Source: the human T2T-CHM13v2.0 reference genome, Homo sapiens. From it: DNA of 64,000 nucleotides. Positions 42,701 through 57,300 of the stretch are shown piece after piece. The stretch's first letter is position 1. Each line of letters starts with the position of its first letter. Position numbers and translations under genes: made by a program. The notes under the pieces are model-generated. The model was not told the origin of the DNA. It saw only the letters and a program-made list of their open reading frames with translations, and did no database searches. The stretch lies in assembly GCF_009914755.1 (NCBI RefSeq), contig NC_060933.1; one strand, 5' to 3'.

Positions 42701-45700
42701 GTTGATTCCATTCCATTCCATTCCATTCCATTCCATTCCGTTCCGTTCCATTCCATTCCATTCCATTCCATTCCATTCCGTTCCGTTCCATTCCATTCCA
42801 TTCTATTCTATTCGGGTTAATTCCATTTAATTCCATTCGATTGCAATCGAGTTGATTCCATTCCATTCCATTCCATTCCATTCCATTCCATTCCATTCCT
42901 TTCCATTCCATTACGGTGATTCCATTCCATTGCATTCAATTCCATTCCATTCCCCTGTACTCGGGTTGATTCCATTCCATTCCATTCCAATCCATGCCAT
43001 TCCACTCGTGTTGATTCCATTCTTTCCATTCCATTCAAGTTGAATCCATTCCATTCTATTCCATTCCATTCGATTCCATTCGATTGCACTCGGGTTGATT
43101 CCATTCCATTGCATTCCATTCCATTCCATTCCATTCCAATCCATTCCGTTCCATTCGATTCCATTACATTCGGATTGATTCTATTCAATTCCCTTACACT
43201 CCATTACATTCCATTCCATTCGGGTAGTTTCCATTCCATTCCATTCCATTCCTCTCCATTCCATTGCACTCGGGTTGATTCCATTCCATTGCATTCCATT
43301 CCATTCAATTCCATTCCGTTCCATTCCATTCCATTACATTCGTATTGATTCTATTCAACTCCCTTACTCTCCATTACATTCCATTCCATTCGGGTTGTTC
43401 CATTCCATTACATTCCATTGCACTCGGGTTGATTACATTCCATTCCATTCCATTCCATTCCATTCCATTCCATTCCATTCCATTCCGGAAGATTCCATTC
43501 CATTGCATTCCATTCCATTCCATTCCCCTGCACTCGCGTTGATTCCATTCCATTCCATTCCATTCCATTCCGTTCCGTTCCGTTCCATTCCATTCCATTC
43601 CATTCCATTCCATTCCATTCCATTCTATTCCGTTCCGTTCCATTCCATTCCATTCCATTCTATTCGGGTTAATTCCATTCCATTCCATTCGATTGCAATC
43701 GAGTTGATTCCATTCCATTCCATTCCATTCCATTCCATTCCTTTCCATTCCATTACGGATGATTCCATTCCATTGCATTCCATTCCATTCCATTCCCCTG
43801 CACTCGCGTTGATTCCATTCCATTCCATTCCATTCCATTCCGTTCCGTTCCGTTCCAGTCCATTCCATTCCATTCCATTCAATTCCATTCCGTTCCATTC
43901 CATTCCATTCCATTCGGATTGATTCTATTCAACTCCCTTACTCTCCATTACATTCCATTCCATTCAGGTTGTTCCATTCCATTCCATTCCATTCCACTCC
44001 ATTCCATTGCACTCGGGTTGATTCCATTCCATTCCATTCCATTCCATTCCATTCCATTCCATTCCGGAAGATTCCATTCCATTGCATTCCATTCCATTCC
44101 ATTCCCCTGCACTCGCGTTGATTCCATTCCATTCCATTCTATTCCATTCCATTCCCTTCCTTTCCGTTCCATTCCATTCCATTCCATTCCATTCCATTCC
44201 ATTCCATTCCGTTCTGTTCCATTCCATTCCATTCCATTCCATTCTATTCGGGTTAATTCCATTCCATTCCATTCGATTCCAATCGAGTTGATTCCATTCC
44301 ATTCCATTCCATTCCATTCCATTCAATTCCATTCCTTTCCATTCCATTACGGATGATTCCATTCCATTGCATTCCATTCCATTCCATTCCCCTGTACTCG
44401 GGTTGATTCCATTCCATTCCATTCCAATCCATGCCATTCCACTCGTGTTGATTCCATTCTTTCCATTCCATTCAAGTTGAATCCATTCCATTGCATTCTT
44501 TTCCATTCGATTCCATTCGATTGCACTCGGGTTGATTCCATTCCATTGCATTCCATTCCATTCCAATACATTCCATTCCGTTGCATTCCATTCCATTACA
44601 TTCGGATTGATTCTATTAAACTCCCTTACTCTCCATTCCATTCCATTCCATTCGGGTTGTTCCATTCCATTCCATTCCATTCCACTCCATTCCATTGCAC
44701 TCAGGTTGATTCCATACCATTCCATTCCATTCCATTCCATTCCGGATGATTCCATTCAATTGCATTCCGTTCCATCACATTCCCCTGCACTCGCGTTGAT
44801 TCCATTCCATTCCATTCCATTCCATTCCATTCCGTTTCATTCCTTTCCATTACATTCGGATTGATTCTATTCAATTCCCTTACACTCCATTACATTCCAT
44901 TCCATTTGGGTAGTTTCCATTCCATTCCATTCCATTCCTCTCCATTCCATTGAACTCGGGTTGATTCCATTCCATTGCATTCCATTCCATTCCATTCAAT
45001 TCCATTCCGTTCCATTCCATTCCATTACATTCGGATTGATTCTATTCAACTCCCTTACTCTCCATTACATTCCATTCCATTCGGGTTGTTCCATTCCATT
45101 CCATTCCATTCCACTCCATTCCATTGCACTCGGGTTGATTCCATTCCATTCCATTCCATTCCATTCCATTCCGTTCCATTCCGGAAGATTCTATTCCATT
45201 GCATTCCATTCCATTCCATTCCCCTGCACTTGCTTTGATTCCATTCCATTCCATTCCATTCCATTTCATTCCATTCCTTTCCGTTCCATTCCATTCCATT
45301 CCATTCCATTCCGTTCTGTTCCGTTCCATTCCATTCCATTCCATTCTATTCGGGTTAATTCCATTCCATTCCATTCGATTGCAATCGAGTTGATTCCATT
45401 CCATTCCATTCCATTCCATTCCTTTCCATTCCATTACGGATGATTCCATTCCATTGCATTCCATTCCATTCCATTCCCCTGTACTCGGGTTGATTCCATT
45501 CCATTCCATTCCATTCCATTCCATTCCGTTCCGTTCCATTCCATTCCATTCCATTCCATTCCATTCCGTTCCGTTCCATTCCATTCCATTCTATTCTATT
45601 CGGGTTAATTCCATTTAATTCCATTCGATTGCAATCGAGTTGATTCCATTCCATTCCATTCCATTCCATTCCATTCCATTCCATTCCATTCCTTTCCATT

Positions 45701-48282
45701 CCATTACGGATGATTCCATTCCATTGCATTCAATTCCATTCCATTCCCCTGTACTCGGGTTGATTCCATTCCATTCCATTCCAATCCATGCCATTCCACT
45801 CGTGTTGATTCCGTTCTTTCCATTCCATTCAAGTTGAATCCATTCCATTCTATTCCATTCCATTCGATTCCATTCGATTGCACTCGGGTTGATTCCATTC
45901 CATTGCATTCCATTCCATTCCATTCCATTCCAATCCATTCCGTTCCATTCGATTCCATTACATTCGGATTGATTCTATTCAATTCCCTTACACTCCATTA
46001 CATTCCATTCCATTCGGGTAGTTTCCATTCCATTCCATTCCATTCGTCTCCATTCCATTGCACTCGGGTTGATTCCATTCCATTGCATTCCATTCCATTC
46101 AATTCCATTCCGTTCCATTCCATTCCATTACATTCGGATTGATTCTATTCAACTCCCTTACTCTCCATTACATTCCATTCCATTCGGGTTGTTCCATTCC
46201 ATTACATTCCATTGCACTCGGGTTGATTACATTCCATTCCATTCCATTCCATTCCATTCCATTCCATTCCATTCCATTCCGGAAGATTCCATTCCATTGC
46301 ATTCCATTCCATTCCATTCCCCTGCACTCGCGTTGATTCCATTCCATTCCATTCCATTCCATTCCGTTCCGTTCCGTTCCATTCCATTCCATTCCATTCC
46401 ATTCCATTCCATTCCATTCCGTTCCGTTCCATTCCATTCCATTCCATTCTATTCGGGTTAATTCCATTCCATTCCATTCGATTGCAATCGAGTTGATTCC
46501 ATTCCATTCCATTCCATTCCATTCCATTCCTTTCCATTCCATTACGGATGATTCCATTCCATTGCATTCCATTCCATTCCATTCCCCTGCACTCGCGTTG
46601 ATTCCATTCCATTCCATTCCATTCCATTCCGTTCCGTTCCGTTCCATTCCATTCCATTCCATTCCATTCAATTCCATTCCGTTCCATTCCATTCCATTCC
46701 ATTCGGATTGATTCTATTCAACTCCCTTACTCTCCATTACATTCCATTCCATTCAGGTTGTTCCATTCCATTCCATTCCATTCCACTCCATTCCATTGCA
46801 CTCGGGTTGATTCCATTCCATTCCATTCCATTCCATTCCATTCCATTCCATTCCGGAAGATTCCATTCCATTGCATTCCATTCCATTCCATTCCCCTGCA
46901 CTCGCATTGATTCCATTCCATTCCATTCTATTCCATTCCATTCCCTTCCTTTCCGTTCCATTCCATTCCATTCCATTCCATTCCATTCCATTCCATTCCG
47001 TTCTGTTCCATTCCATTCCATTCCATTCCATTCTATTCGGGTTAATTCCATTCCATTCCATTCGATTCCAATCGAGTTGATTCCATTCCATTCCATTCCA
47101 TTCCATTCCATTCAATTCCATTCCTTTCCATTCCATTACGGATGATTCCATTCCATTGCATTCCATTCCATTCCATTCCCCTGTACTCGGGTTGATTCCA
47201 TTCCATTCCATTCCAATCCATGCCATTCCACTCGTGTTGATTCCATTCTTTCCATTCCATTCAAGTTGAATCCATTCCATTGCATTCTTTTCCATTCGAT
47301 TCCATTCGATTGCACTCGGGTTGATTCCATTCCATTGCATTCCATTCCATTCCAATACATTCCATTCCGTTGCATTCCATTCCATTACATTCGGATTGAT
47401 TCTATTCAACTCCCTTACTCTCCATTCCATTCCATTCCATTCGGGTTGTTCCATTCCATTCCATTCCATTCCACTCCATTCCATTGCACTCAGGTTGATT
47501 CCATACCATTCCATTCCATTCCATTCCATTCCGGATGATTCCATTCAATTGCATTCCGTTCCATCACATTCCCCTGCACTCGCGTTGATTCCATTCCATT
47601 CCATTCCATTCCATTCCATTCCATTCCGTTTCATTCCTTTCCATTACATTCGGATTGATTCTATTCAATTCCCTTACACTCCATTACATTCCATTCCATT
47701 TGGGTAGTTTCCATTCCATTCCATTCCATTCCTCTCCATTCCATTGAACTCGGGTTGATTCCATTCCATTGCATTCCATTCCATTCCATTCAATTCCATT
47801 CCGTTCCATTCCATTCCATTACATTCGGATTGATTCTATTCAACTCCCTTACTCTCCATTACATTCCATTCCATTCGGGTTGTTCCATTCCATTCCATTC
47901 CATTCCACTCCATTCCATTGCAATCGGGTTGATTCCATTCCATTCCATTCCATTCCATTCCATTCCGTTCCATTCCGGAAGATTCTATTCCATTGCATTC
48001 CATTCCATTCCATTCCCCTGCACTTGCTTTGATTCCATTCCATTCCATTCCATTCCATTTCATTCCATTCCTTTCCGTTCCATTCCATTCCATTCCATTC
48101 CATTCCGTTCTGTTCCGTTCCATTCCATTCCATTCCATTCTATTCGGGTTAATTCCATTCCATTCCATTCGATTGCAATCGAGTTGATTCCATTCCATTC
48201 CATTCCATTCCATTCCTTTCCATTCCATTACGGATGATTCCATTCCATTGCATTCCATTCCATTCCATTCCCCTGTACTCGG
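42701..48282. repeat. ~2.79-kb tandem duplication x2 (junction ~45489)
   Basis: Shared variants ttctattctattcgggttaattccatttaa, gcattcttttcc, ccaatacatt, ccatcacatt and cacttgcttt. ORF pairs 43040/45834, 43919/46708 and 44961/47755 are offset by 2789-2794. Confidence 0.92.
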
Positions 48283-51200
48283 GTTGATTCCATTCCATTC
48301 CATTCCAATCCATGCCATTCCACTCGTGTTGATTCCATTCTTTCCATTCCATTCAAGTTGAATCCATTCCATTGCATTCCATTCCATTCCATTCCCCTGC
48401 AGTCGGGTTGTTTCCATTCCATTCCATTCCATTCCATTCCATTCCATTCCGTTCCGTTCCATTCCATTCCATTCCATTCTATTCTGGTTAATTCCATTCC
48501 ATTCCATTCCATTCCATTCCATTCCATTCCAATCGAGTTGATTCCATTCCATTCCCTTCCATTCCATTCCACTCCATTGCAGTCCTTTCCATTCCATTCC
48601 ACTCGGGTTGATTCCAATGTATTCCTTTCCATTCCATTCCATTCCATTGCAATCGAGTTGATTCCATTGCTTTGCATTCCATTCCATTCCATTCCATTCC
48701 GGATGATTCCATTCCATTGCATTCCATTCCATTCCATTCCCCTGCACTCGGGTTGATTCCATTCCATTCCACTCCATTCCGTTCCATTCCATTCCATTCC
48801 ATTGTATTCGGGTTAATTCCATTCCATTCCATTCCATTCTATTCCATTCCATTACAATCGAGTTGATCCCATTCCATTCCATTCCATTCCAGTCCTTTCC
48901 ATTCCATTCCACTCGGGTTGATTCCATTCTATTATTTTCCATTCCATTCCATTCCCTTCCATTCCACTCTGGTTGATTCCATTCCTTTCCATTCCACTCG
49001 AATACATTCCCTCCTATTCCACTCGGAACGATTCCATTCCATTCCATTCCATTCTATTCCATTCCATTCCATTCCATTCCATTCCATTCCATTCCTTTCC
49101 ATTCCAGTCCTTTCCATTCCATTCCACTCGGGTTGATTCCATTCTATTAGTTTCCATTCCATTCCATTCCCTTCCATTCCACTCTGGTTGATTCCATTCC
49201 ATTCCATTCCATTCCATTCCATTCCATTCCATTCCATTTTGTTCCATTCCATTCTATTCCGTATCATTCCATTCCATTCCATTCCATTCCATTCCATTCC
49301 ACTCGTGTTGATTCCATTCCTTTCCATTCCATTCGGTTTGAAGGCATTCCATTCCATTCCGTTCCATTCCATTCCATTTTATTCCATTCCATTTCATTGT
49401 ACTCGGGTTGATTCCATTCCATTGCATTCCATTCCATTACATTCCATTCCATTCCGTTGCATTCCATTCCATTCCGTTTCATTCCATTCCATTACATTCG
49501 GATTGATTCCATTCAATTCCCTTACACTCCATTACATTCCATTCCATTTGGGTAGTTTCCATTCCATTCCATTCCATTCCTCTCCATTCCATTGAACTCG
49601 GGTTGATTCCATTCCATTGCATTCCATTCCATTCCATTCAATTCCATTCCGTTCCATTCCATTCCATTACATTCGGATTGATTCTATTCAACTCCCTTAC
49701 TCTCCATTACATTCCATGCCATTCGGGTTGTTCCATTCCATTCCATTCCATTCCACTCCATTCCATTGCACTCGGGTTGATTCCATTCCATTCCATTCCA
49801 TTCCATTCCATTCCATTCCGTTCCATTCCGGAAGATTCTATTCCATTGCATTCCATTCCATTCCATTCCCCTGCACTCGCTTTGATTCCATTCCATTCCA
49901 TTCCATTCCATTTCATTCCATTCCTTTCCGTTCCATTCCATTCCATTCCATTCCATTCCGTTCTGTTCCGTTCCATTCCATTCCATTCCATTCTATTCGG
50001 GTTAATTCCATTCCATTCCATTCGATTGCAATCGAGTTGATTCCATTCCATTCCATTCCATTCCATTCCATTCCATTCCTTTCCATTCCATTACGGATGA
50101 TTCCATTCCATTGCATTCCATTCCATTCCATTCCCCTGTACTCGGGTTGATTCCATTCCATTCCATTCCAATCCATGCCATTCCACTCGTGTTGATTCCA
50201 TTCTTTCCATTCCATTCAAGTTGAATCCATTCCATTGCATTCCATTCCATTCCATTCCCCTGCAGTCGGGTTGTTTCCATTCCATTCCATTCCATTCCAT
50301 TCCATTCCGTTCCGTTCCATTCCATTCCATTCCATTCTATTCGGGTTAATTCCATTCCATTCCATTCCATTCCATTCCATTCCATTCCAATCGAGTTGAT
50401 TCCATTCCATTCCCTTCCATTCCATTCCACTCCATTGCAGTCCTTTCCATTCCATTCCACTCGGGTTGATTCCAATGTATTCCTTTCCATTCCATTCCAT
50501 TCCATTGCAATCGAGTTGATTCCATTGCTTTGCATTCCATTCCATTCCATTCCATTCCGGATGATTCCATTCCATTGCATTCCATTCCATTCCATTCCCC
50601 TGCACTCGGGTTGATTCCATTCCATTCCACTCCATTCCGTTCCATTCCATTCCATTCCATTGTATTCGGGTTAATTCCATTCCATTCCATTCCATTCTAT
50701 TCCATTCCATTACAATCGAGTTGATCCCATTCCATTCCATTCCATTCCAGTCCTTTCCATTCCATTCCACTCGGGTTGATTCCATTCTATTATTTTCCAT
50801 TCCATTCCATTCCCTTCCATTCCACTCTGGTTGATTCCATTCCTTTCCATTCCACTCGAATACATTCCCTCCTATTCCACTCGGAACGATTCCATTCCAT
50901 TCCATTCCATTCTATTCCATTCCATTCCATTCCATTCCATTCCATTCCTTTCCATTCCAGTCCTTTCCATTCCATTCCACTCGGGTTGATTCCATTCTAT
51001 TAGTTTCCATTCCATTCCATTCCCTTCCATTCCACTCTGGTTGATTCCATTCCATTCCATTCCATTCCATTCCATTCCATTCCATTCCATTCCATTCCAT
51101 TTTGTTCCATTCCATTCTATTCCGTATCATTCCATTCCATTCCATTCCATTCCATTCCACTCGTGTTGATTCCATTCCTTTCCATTCCATTCGGTTTGAA

Positions 51201-51330
51201 GGCATTCCATTCCATTCCGTTCCATTCCATTCCATTTTATTCCATTCCATTTCATTGTACTCGGGTTGATTCCATTCCATTGCATTCCATTCCATTACAT
51301 TCCATTCCATTCCGTTGCATTCCATTCCAT
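47612..51330. repeat. ~1.86-kb tandem duplication x2 (junction ~49465)
   Basis: Shared variants tttgggtagttt, ttgaactcggg, gttgatccc, attattttcc, attttgttcc and cggtttgaaggc. ORF pairs 47755/49603, 48488/50346 and 48918/50776 are offset by 1848-1858. Confidence 0.9.
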
Positions 51331-54300
51331 TACATTCGGATTGATTCTATTCAACTCCCTTACTCTCCATTACATTCCATTCCATTCGGGTTGTTCCATT
51401 CCATTCCATTCCATTCCACTCCATTCCATTGCACTCGGGTTGATTCCATTCCATTCCATTCCATTCCATTCCATTACGGATGATTCCATTCCATTGCCTT
51501 CCGTTCCATTACATTCCCCTAAACTCGCGTTGATTCCATTCCATTCCATTCCATTCCATTCAATTCCGTTCCATTACAATTCGTTCCATTCCATTCTATT
51601 CCATACCATTCCATTCCATTCCATACCATTCCATTGCATTCCATTCCATTCCATTCCGTTCCATTCCGTTCCATTCCATTCCATTCCATTCTATTCGGGT
51701 TAATTCCATTCCATTCCATTCCATTCCATTCCATTCCATTCCATTCCATTCTATTACAATCGAGTTGATTCCATTCCATTCCATTCCATTCCATTCCATT
51801 CCAGTCCTTTCCATTCCATTCCACTCGGGTTGATTCCATTCTATTAGTTTCCATTCCATTCCATTCCCTTCCATTCCACTCTGCTGATTCCATTCCTTTC
51901 CATTCCACTCGAATACATTCCCTCCTATTCCACTCGGAACGATTCCATTCCATTCCATTCCATTCCATTCCATTCCATTCCATTCCATTCCATTTCTTTC
52001 CATTCCATTCTATTCCGTATCATTCCATTCCATTCCATTCCATTCCACTCCATTCCATTCCACTCGTGTTGATTCCATTCCTTTCCATTCCATTAGGTTT
52101 GAAGGCATTCCATTCCATTCCATTCCATTCCATTCCATTCCATTCCATTCCATTCCATTGTACTCGGGTTGATTCCATTCCATTGCATTCCATTCCATTC
52201 CATTCCGGATGATTCCATTCCATTGCATTCCATTCCATTCCATTCCCCTGCACTCGGGTTGATTCCATTGCATTCCATTCCATTACATTCCGTTCCATTC
52301 CATTCCATTACATTCGGATTGATTCTATTCAATTCCCTTACACTCCATTACATTCCATTCCATTCGGGTAGTTTCCATTCCATTCCATTCCATTCCTCTC
52401 CATTCCATTGCACTCGGGTTGATTCCATTCCATTCCATTCCATTCCATTCCATTCCGGATGATTCCATTCCATTGCATTCCGTTCCATTACATTCCCCTG
52501 CACTCGCGTTGATTCCATTCCATTCCATTCCATTCCATTGAATTCCATTCCATTACAATTCCTTCCATTCCATTCTATTCCGTACCATTCCATTCCATTC
52601 CATACCATTCCATTGCATTCCATTCCATTCCATTCCATTCCATTCCACTCCATTCCAGTCCTATCCATTCCATTCCAATCAGGTTGATTCCATTCTATTC
52701 CTTTCCATTCGATCTCTTTCCATTGCAATCGAGTTGATTCCATTGCTTTGCATTCCATTCCATTCCATTCCATTCCGGATGATTCCATTCCATTGCATTC
52801 CATTCCATTCCATTCCCCTGCACTCGGGTTGAATCCATTCCATTCCACTCCATTCCGTTCCATTCCATTCCATTCCATTCCATTCCATTGTATTCGGGTT
52901 AATTCCATTCCATTCCATTCCATTCCATTCCATTACAATCGAGTTGATTCCATTCCATTCCATTCCATTCCATTCCAGTCCTTTCCATTCCATTCCACTC
53001 GGGTTGATTCCAATCTATTAGTTTCCATTCCATTCCATTCCCTTCCATTCCACTCTGGTTGATTCCATTCCTTTCCATTCCACTCGAATACATTCCCTCC
53101 TATTCCACTCCGAACGATTCCATTCCATTCCATTCCATTCCATTCCATTCCATTCCGTTCCATTCCATTCCATTACATTCGGATTGATACTATTCAATTC
53201 CCTTACACTCCAGTACATTCCATTCCATTCGGGTAGTTTCCATTCCATTCCATTCCATTCCTCTCCATTCCATTGCACTCGGGTTGATTCCACTCCATTG
53301 CATTGCATTCCATTCCATTCAATTCCATTCCGTTCCATTCCATTCCATTACATTCGGATTGATTCTATTCAACTCCCTTACTCTCCATTCCATTCCATTC
53401 CATTCGGGTTGTTCCATTCCATTCCATTCCATTCCACTCCATTCCATTGCACTCGGGTTGATTCCATTCCATTCCATTCCATTCCATTCCATTCCATTCC
53501 ATTCCGGATGATTCCATTCCATTACATTCCGTTCCATTACATTCCCCTGCACTCGGGTTGATTCCATTCCATTCCATTCCATTCCATTCCATTCCATTCC
53601 ATTACAATTCTTTCCATTCCATTCTATTCCGTACCATTCCATTCCATTCCATACAATTCCATTCCATTCCATTCCATTCCGTTCCGTTCCGTTCCGTTCC
53701 GTTCCGTTCCATTCCATTCCATTCCATTCTATTCGGGTTAATTCCATTCCATTCCATTCCATTCCATTCTATTCCATTCCATTGCAATCGAGTTGAATCC
53801 ATTGCATTCCATTCCATTCCATTCCGGAAGATTCCATTGCATTGCATTCCATTCCATTCCATTCCCCTGCACTCGTGTTGATTCCATTCCATTCCATTCC
53901 ATTCCATTCCATTCCGATCCGTTCCATTCCATTCCATTCCATTCCATTCCATTCCATTCCGTTCAGTTCCGTTCTATTCCATTCCATTCCATTCTATGCG
54001 GGTTAATTCCATTCCATTCCATTCGATTGCAATCGAGTTGATTCCATTCCATTCCATTCCATTCCATTCCATTCCATTCCATTCCATTCCATTCCATTCC
54101 ATTCCATTCCTTTCCATTAAATTACGTATGATTCCATTCCATTTTATTCCATTCCATTCCATTCCCCGGTACTCTGGTTGATTCCATTCCATTCCATTCC
54201 AATCCATGCCATTCCACTCGTGTTGATTCCATTCTTTCCATTCCATTCAAGTTGAATCCATTCCATTGCATTCCATTCCATTCGATTCCATTCTATTGCA

Positions 54301-57300
54301 CTCGGGTTGATTCCATGGCATTGCATTTCATTCCATTGCATTCCATTCCTTTCCATTCCATTCCATTCCATTCGGATTCATTCTATTCAATTCCCTTACA
54401 CTCCATTACATTCCATTCCATTCGGGTAGTTTCCATTCCATTCCATTCCATTCCTCTCCATTCCATTGCACTCGGGTTGATTCCATTCCATTCCATTCCA
54501 TTCCATTCCATTCCATTCCGGATGATTCCATTCCATTGAATTCCATTCCATTCCATTCCCCTGCACTTGGGTTGATTCCATTCCATTCCATTCCATTCCT
54601 TTCTGTTCCATTCCATTCCATTCCATTCCATTCCATTCTATTCGTGTTAATTCCATTCCATTCTATTCCATTCCATTCCATTGAAATCGAGTTGATTCCA
54701 TTCCATTCCATTCCATTCCATTCCATTCCTATTCCATTCCATTCCATTCCATTCCATTCCGGATGATTCCATTACATTGCATTCCATTCCATTCCATTCC
54801 CCTGCACTCGGGTTGATTCCATTCGATTCCATTGCATTACATTCCGTTCCATTCCGTTCCATTTCATTCTATTCGGGTTAATTCCATTCCATTGCATTCC
54901 ACTCCATTCCAGTCCTTTCCATTCCATTCCACTCGGGTTGATTCCATTCTATTCCTTTCCATTCCATTCCATTCCATTGCAATCGAGTTGATTCCATTCG
55001 AGTTGAATCCATTCCATTCCATTCCATTCCATTGCACACGGGTTCATTCCATTCCATTCCATTCCATTCCATTCCATTCCATTCCATTTCATTCCATTCC
55101 ATTCTATTCCGTACCATTCCATTCCATCCCATTCCATTCCGTTCCATTCCATGCCATTACACTCGGGTTGATTCCATTCCTTTCCATTCCATTCTTGTTG
55201 AATCCATTCCATTCCATTCCATTCCATTCGAATCCATTCCATTGCACTCGGGTTGATTCCATTCCATTCCATTCCATTCCATTTCATTCCATTCCATTCC
55301 ATTACATTCGGATTGATTCTATTGAATTCCCTTACACTCCATTACATTCCTTTCCATTCGGGATGTTTCCTTTCCATTCCATTCCATTCCACTCCATTCC
55401 ATTGCATCAGGTTGATGGCATTCCATTCAATTCCATTCCATTCCGGATGATTCCATTCCATTGCATTCCATTCCATTCCATTCCCCTGCACTCGGGTTGA
55501 TTCCATTCCATTCCATTCCATTCCATTGCATTCCGTTCCATTCCATTCCATTCCATTCTATTCTGGTTAATTCCATTCCATTACATTCGATTCCATTCCA
55601 TTCCCTTCCATTCCATTGCAATCGAGTTGATTCCATTCCATTCCATTCCATTCCGTTCCGGATGATTCCATTCCATTCCATTCCATTCCATTCCATTCCA
55701 TTCCCCTGCAGTCGGGTTGATTCCATTCCATTCCATTCCATTCCATTCCATTCCATTCCATTCCATTTCGTTCCATTCCATTCCATTCCATTCTATTCGG
55801 GTGAATTCCATTCCATTCCATTCCATTCCATTCCATTCCATTCCACTCCATTCCAGTCCTTTCCATTCCATTACACTCGGGTGATTCCATTCTATTCCTT
55901 TCCATTCCATTCCATTCCATTGCAATCGAGTTGATTCCATTGCTTTGCATTCCATTCCATTCCATTCCATTCCGGATGATTCCATTCCGTTGCATTCCTT
56001 TCCATTACATTCCCCTGCACTCGGGTTTATTCCATTCCATTCCATTCCATTACATTCGATTCCATTCCATTCCCCTGCACTCGCGTTGATTCCATTCCTT
56101 TCCATTCCATTCCATTCCATTCCATTCCATTCCTCTCCGTTCCATTCCATTCCATTCCATTCCATTCCATTCCGTTCCGTTCCATTCCATTCCATTCCAT
56201 TCTATTCGCGTTAATTCCATTCCATTCCATTCGATTGCAATCGAGTTGATTCCATTCCATTCCATTCCATTCCATTCCATTCCATTCCATTCCATTCCAT
56301 TCCATTCCATTACGGATGATTCTATTCCATTGCATTCCATTCCATTCCATTCCCCTGTACTCGGGTTGATTCCATTGCATTCCATTCCATTCCATTCCCC
56401 TGCAGTCGGGTTGATTCCATTCCATTCCATTCCATTCCTTTCCATTCCATTCCATTCCGTTCCGTTCCGTTCCATTCCATTCCATTCTATTCGGGTTAAT
56501 TCCATTCCATTCCATTCCATTCCTTTCCATTCCATTCCAATCGAGTTGATTCCATTCCATTCCATTCCATTCCATTCCATTCCAGTCCTTTCCATTCCAT
56601 TCCACTCGGGTTGATTCCAATGTATTCCTTTCCATTCCATTCCATTCCATTGCAATTGAGTTGATTCCATTGCTTTGCATTCCATTCCATTCCATTCCAT
56701 TCCGGATGACTCCATTCCATTGCATTCCATTCCATTGCATTCCCCTGCACTCGGGTTGATTCCATTCCATTCCACTCCATTCCTTTGCATTCCATTCCAT
56801 TCCATTGTATTCGGGTTAATTCCATTCCATTCCATTCCATTCCATTCCATTCCATTCCATTCCATTACAATCGAGTTGATTCCATTCCATTCCATTCCAT
56901 TCCATTCCATTCCATTCCAGTCCTTTCCATTCCATTCCACTCGGGTTGATTCCATTCTATTCATTTCCATTCCATTCCATTCCCTTCCATTCCACTCTGG
57001 TTGATTCCATTCCTTTCCATTCCACTCGAATACATTCCCTCCTATTCCACTCGGAACGATTCCATTCCATTCCATTCCATTCCATTCCATTCCATTCCAT
57101 TCCATTCCATTCCATTTCGTTCCATTCCATTCTATTCCGTATCATTCCATTCCATTCCATTCCAATCCAATCCATTCCATTCCACTCGTGTTGATTCCAT
57201 TCCTTTCCATTCCATTCGGTTTGAAGGCTTTCCATTCCATTCCATTCCATTCCATTCCATTCCATTCCATTCCATTCCATTGTACTCGGGTTGATTCCAT

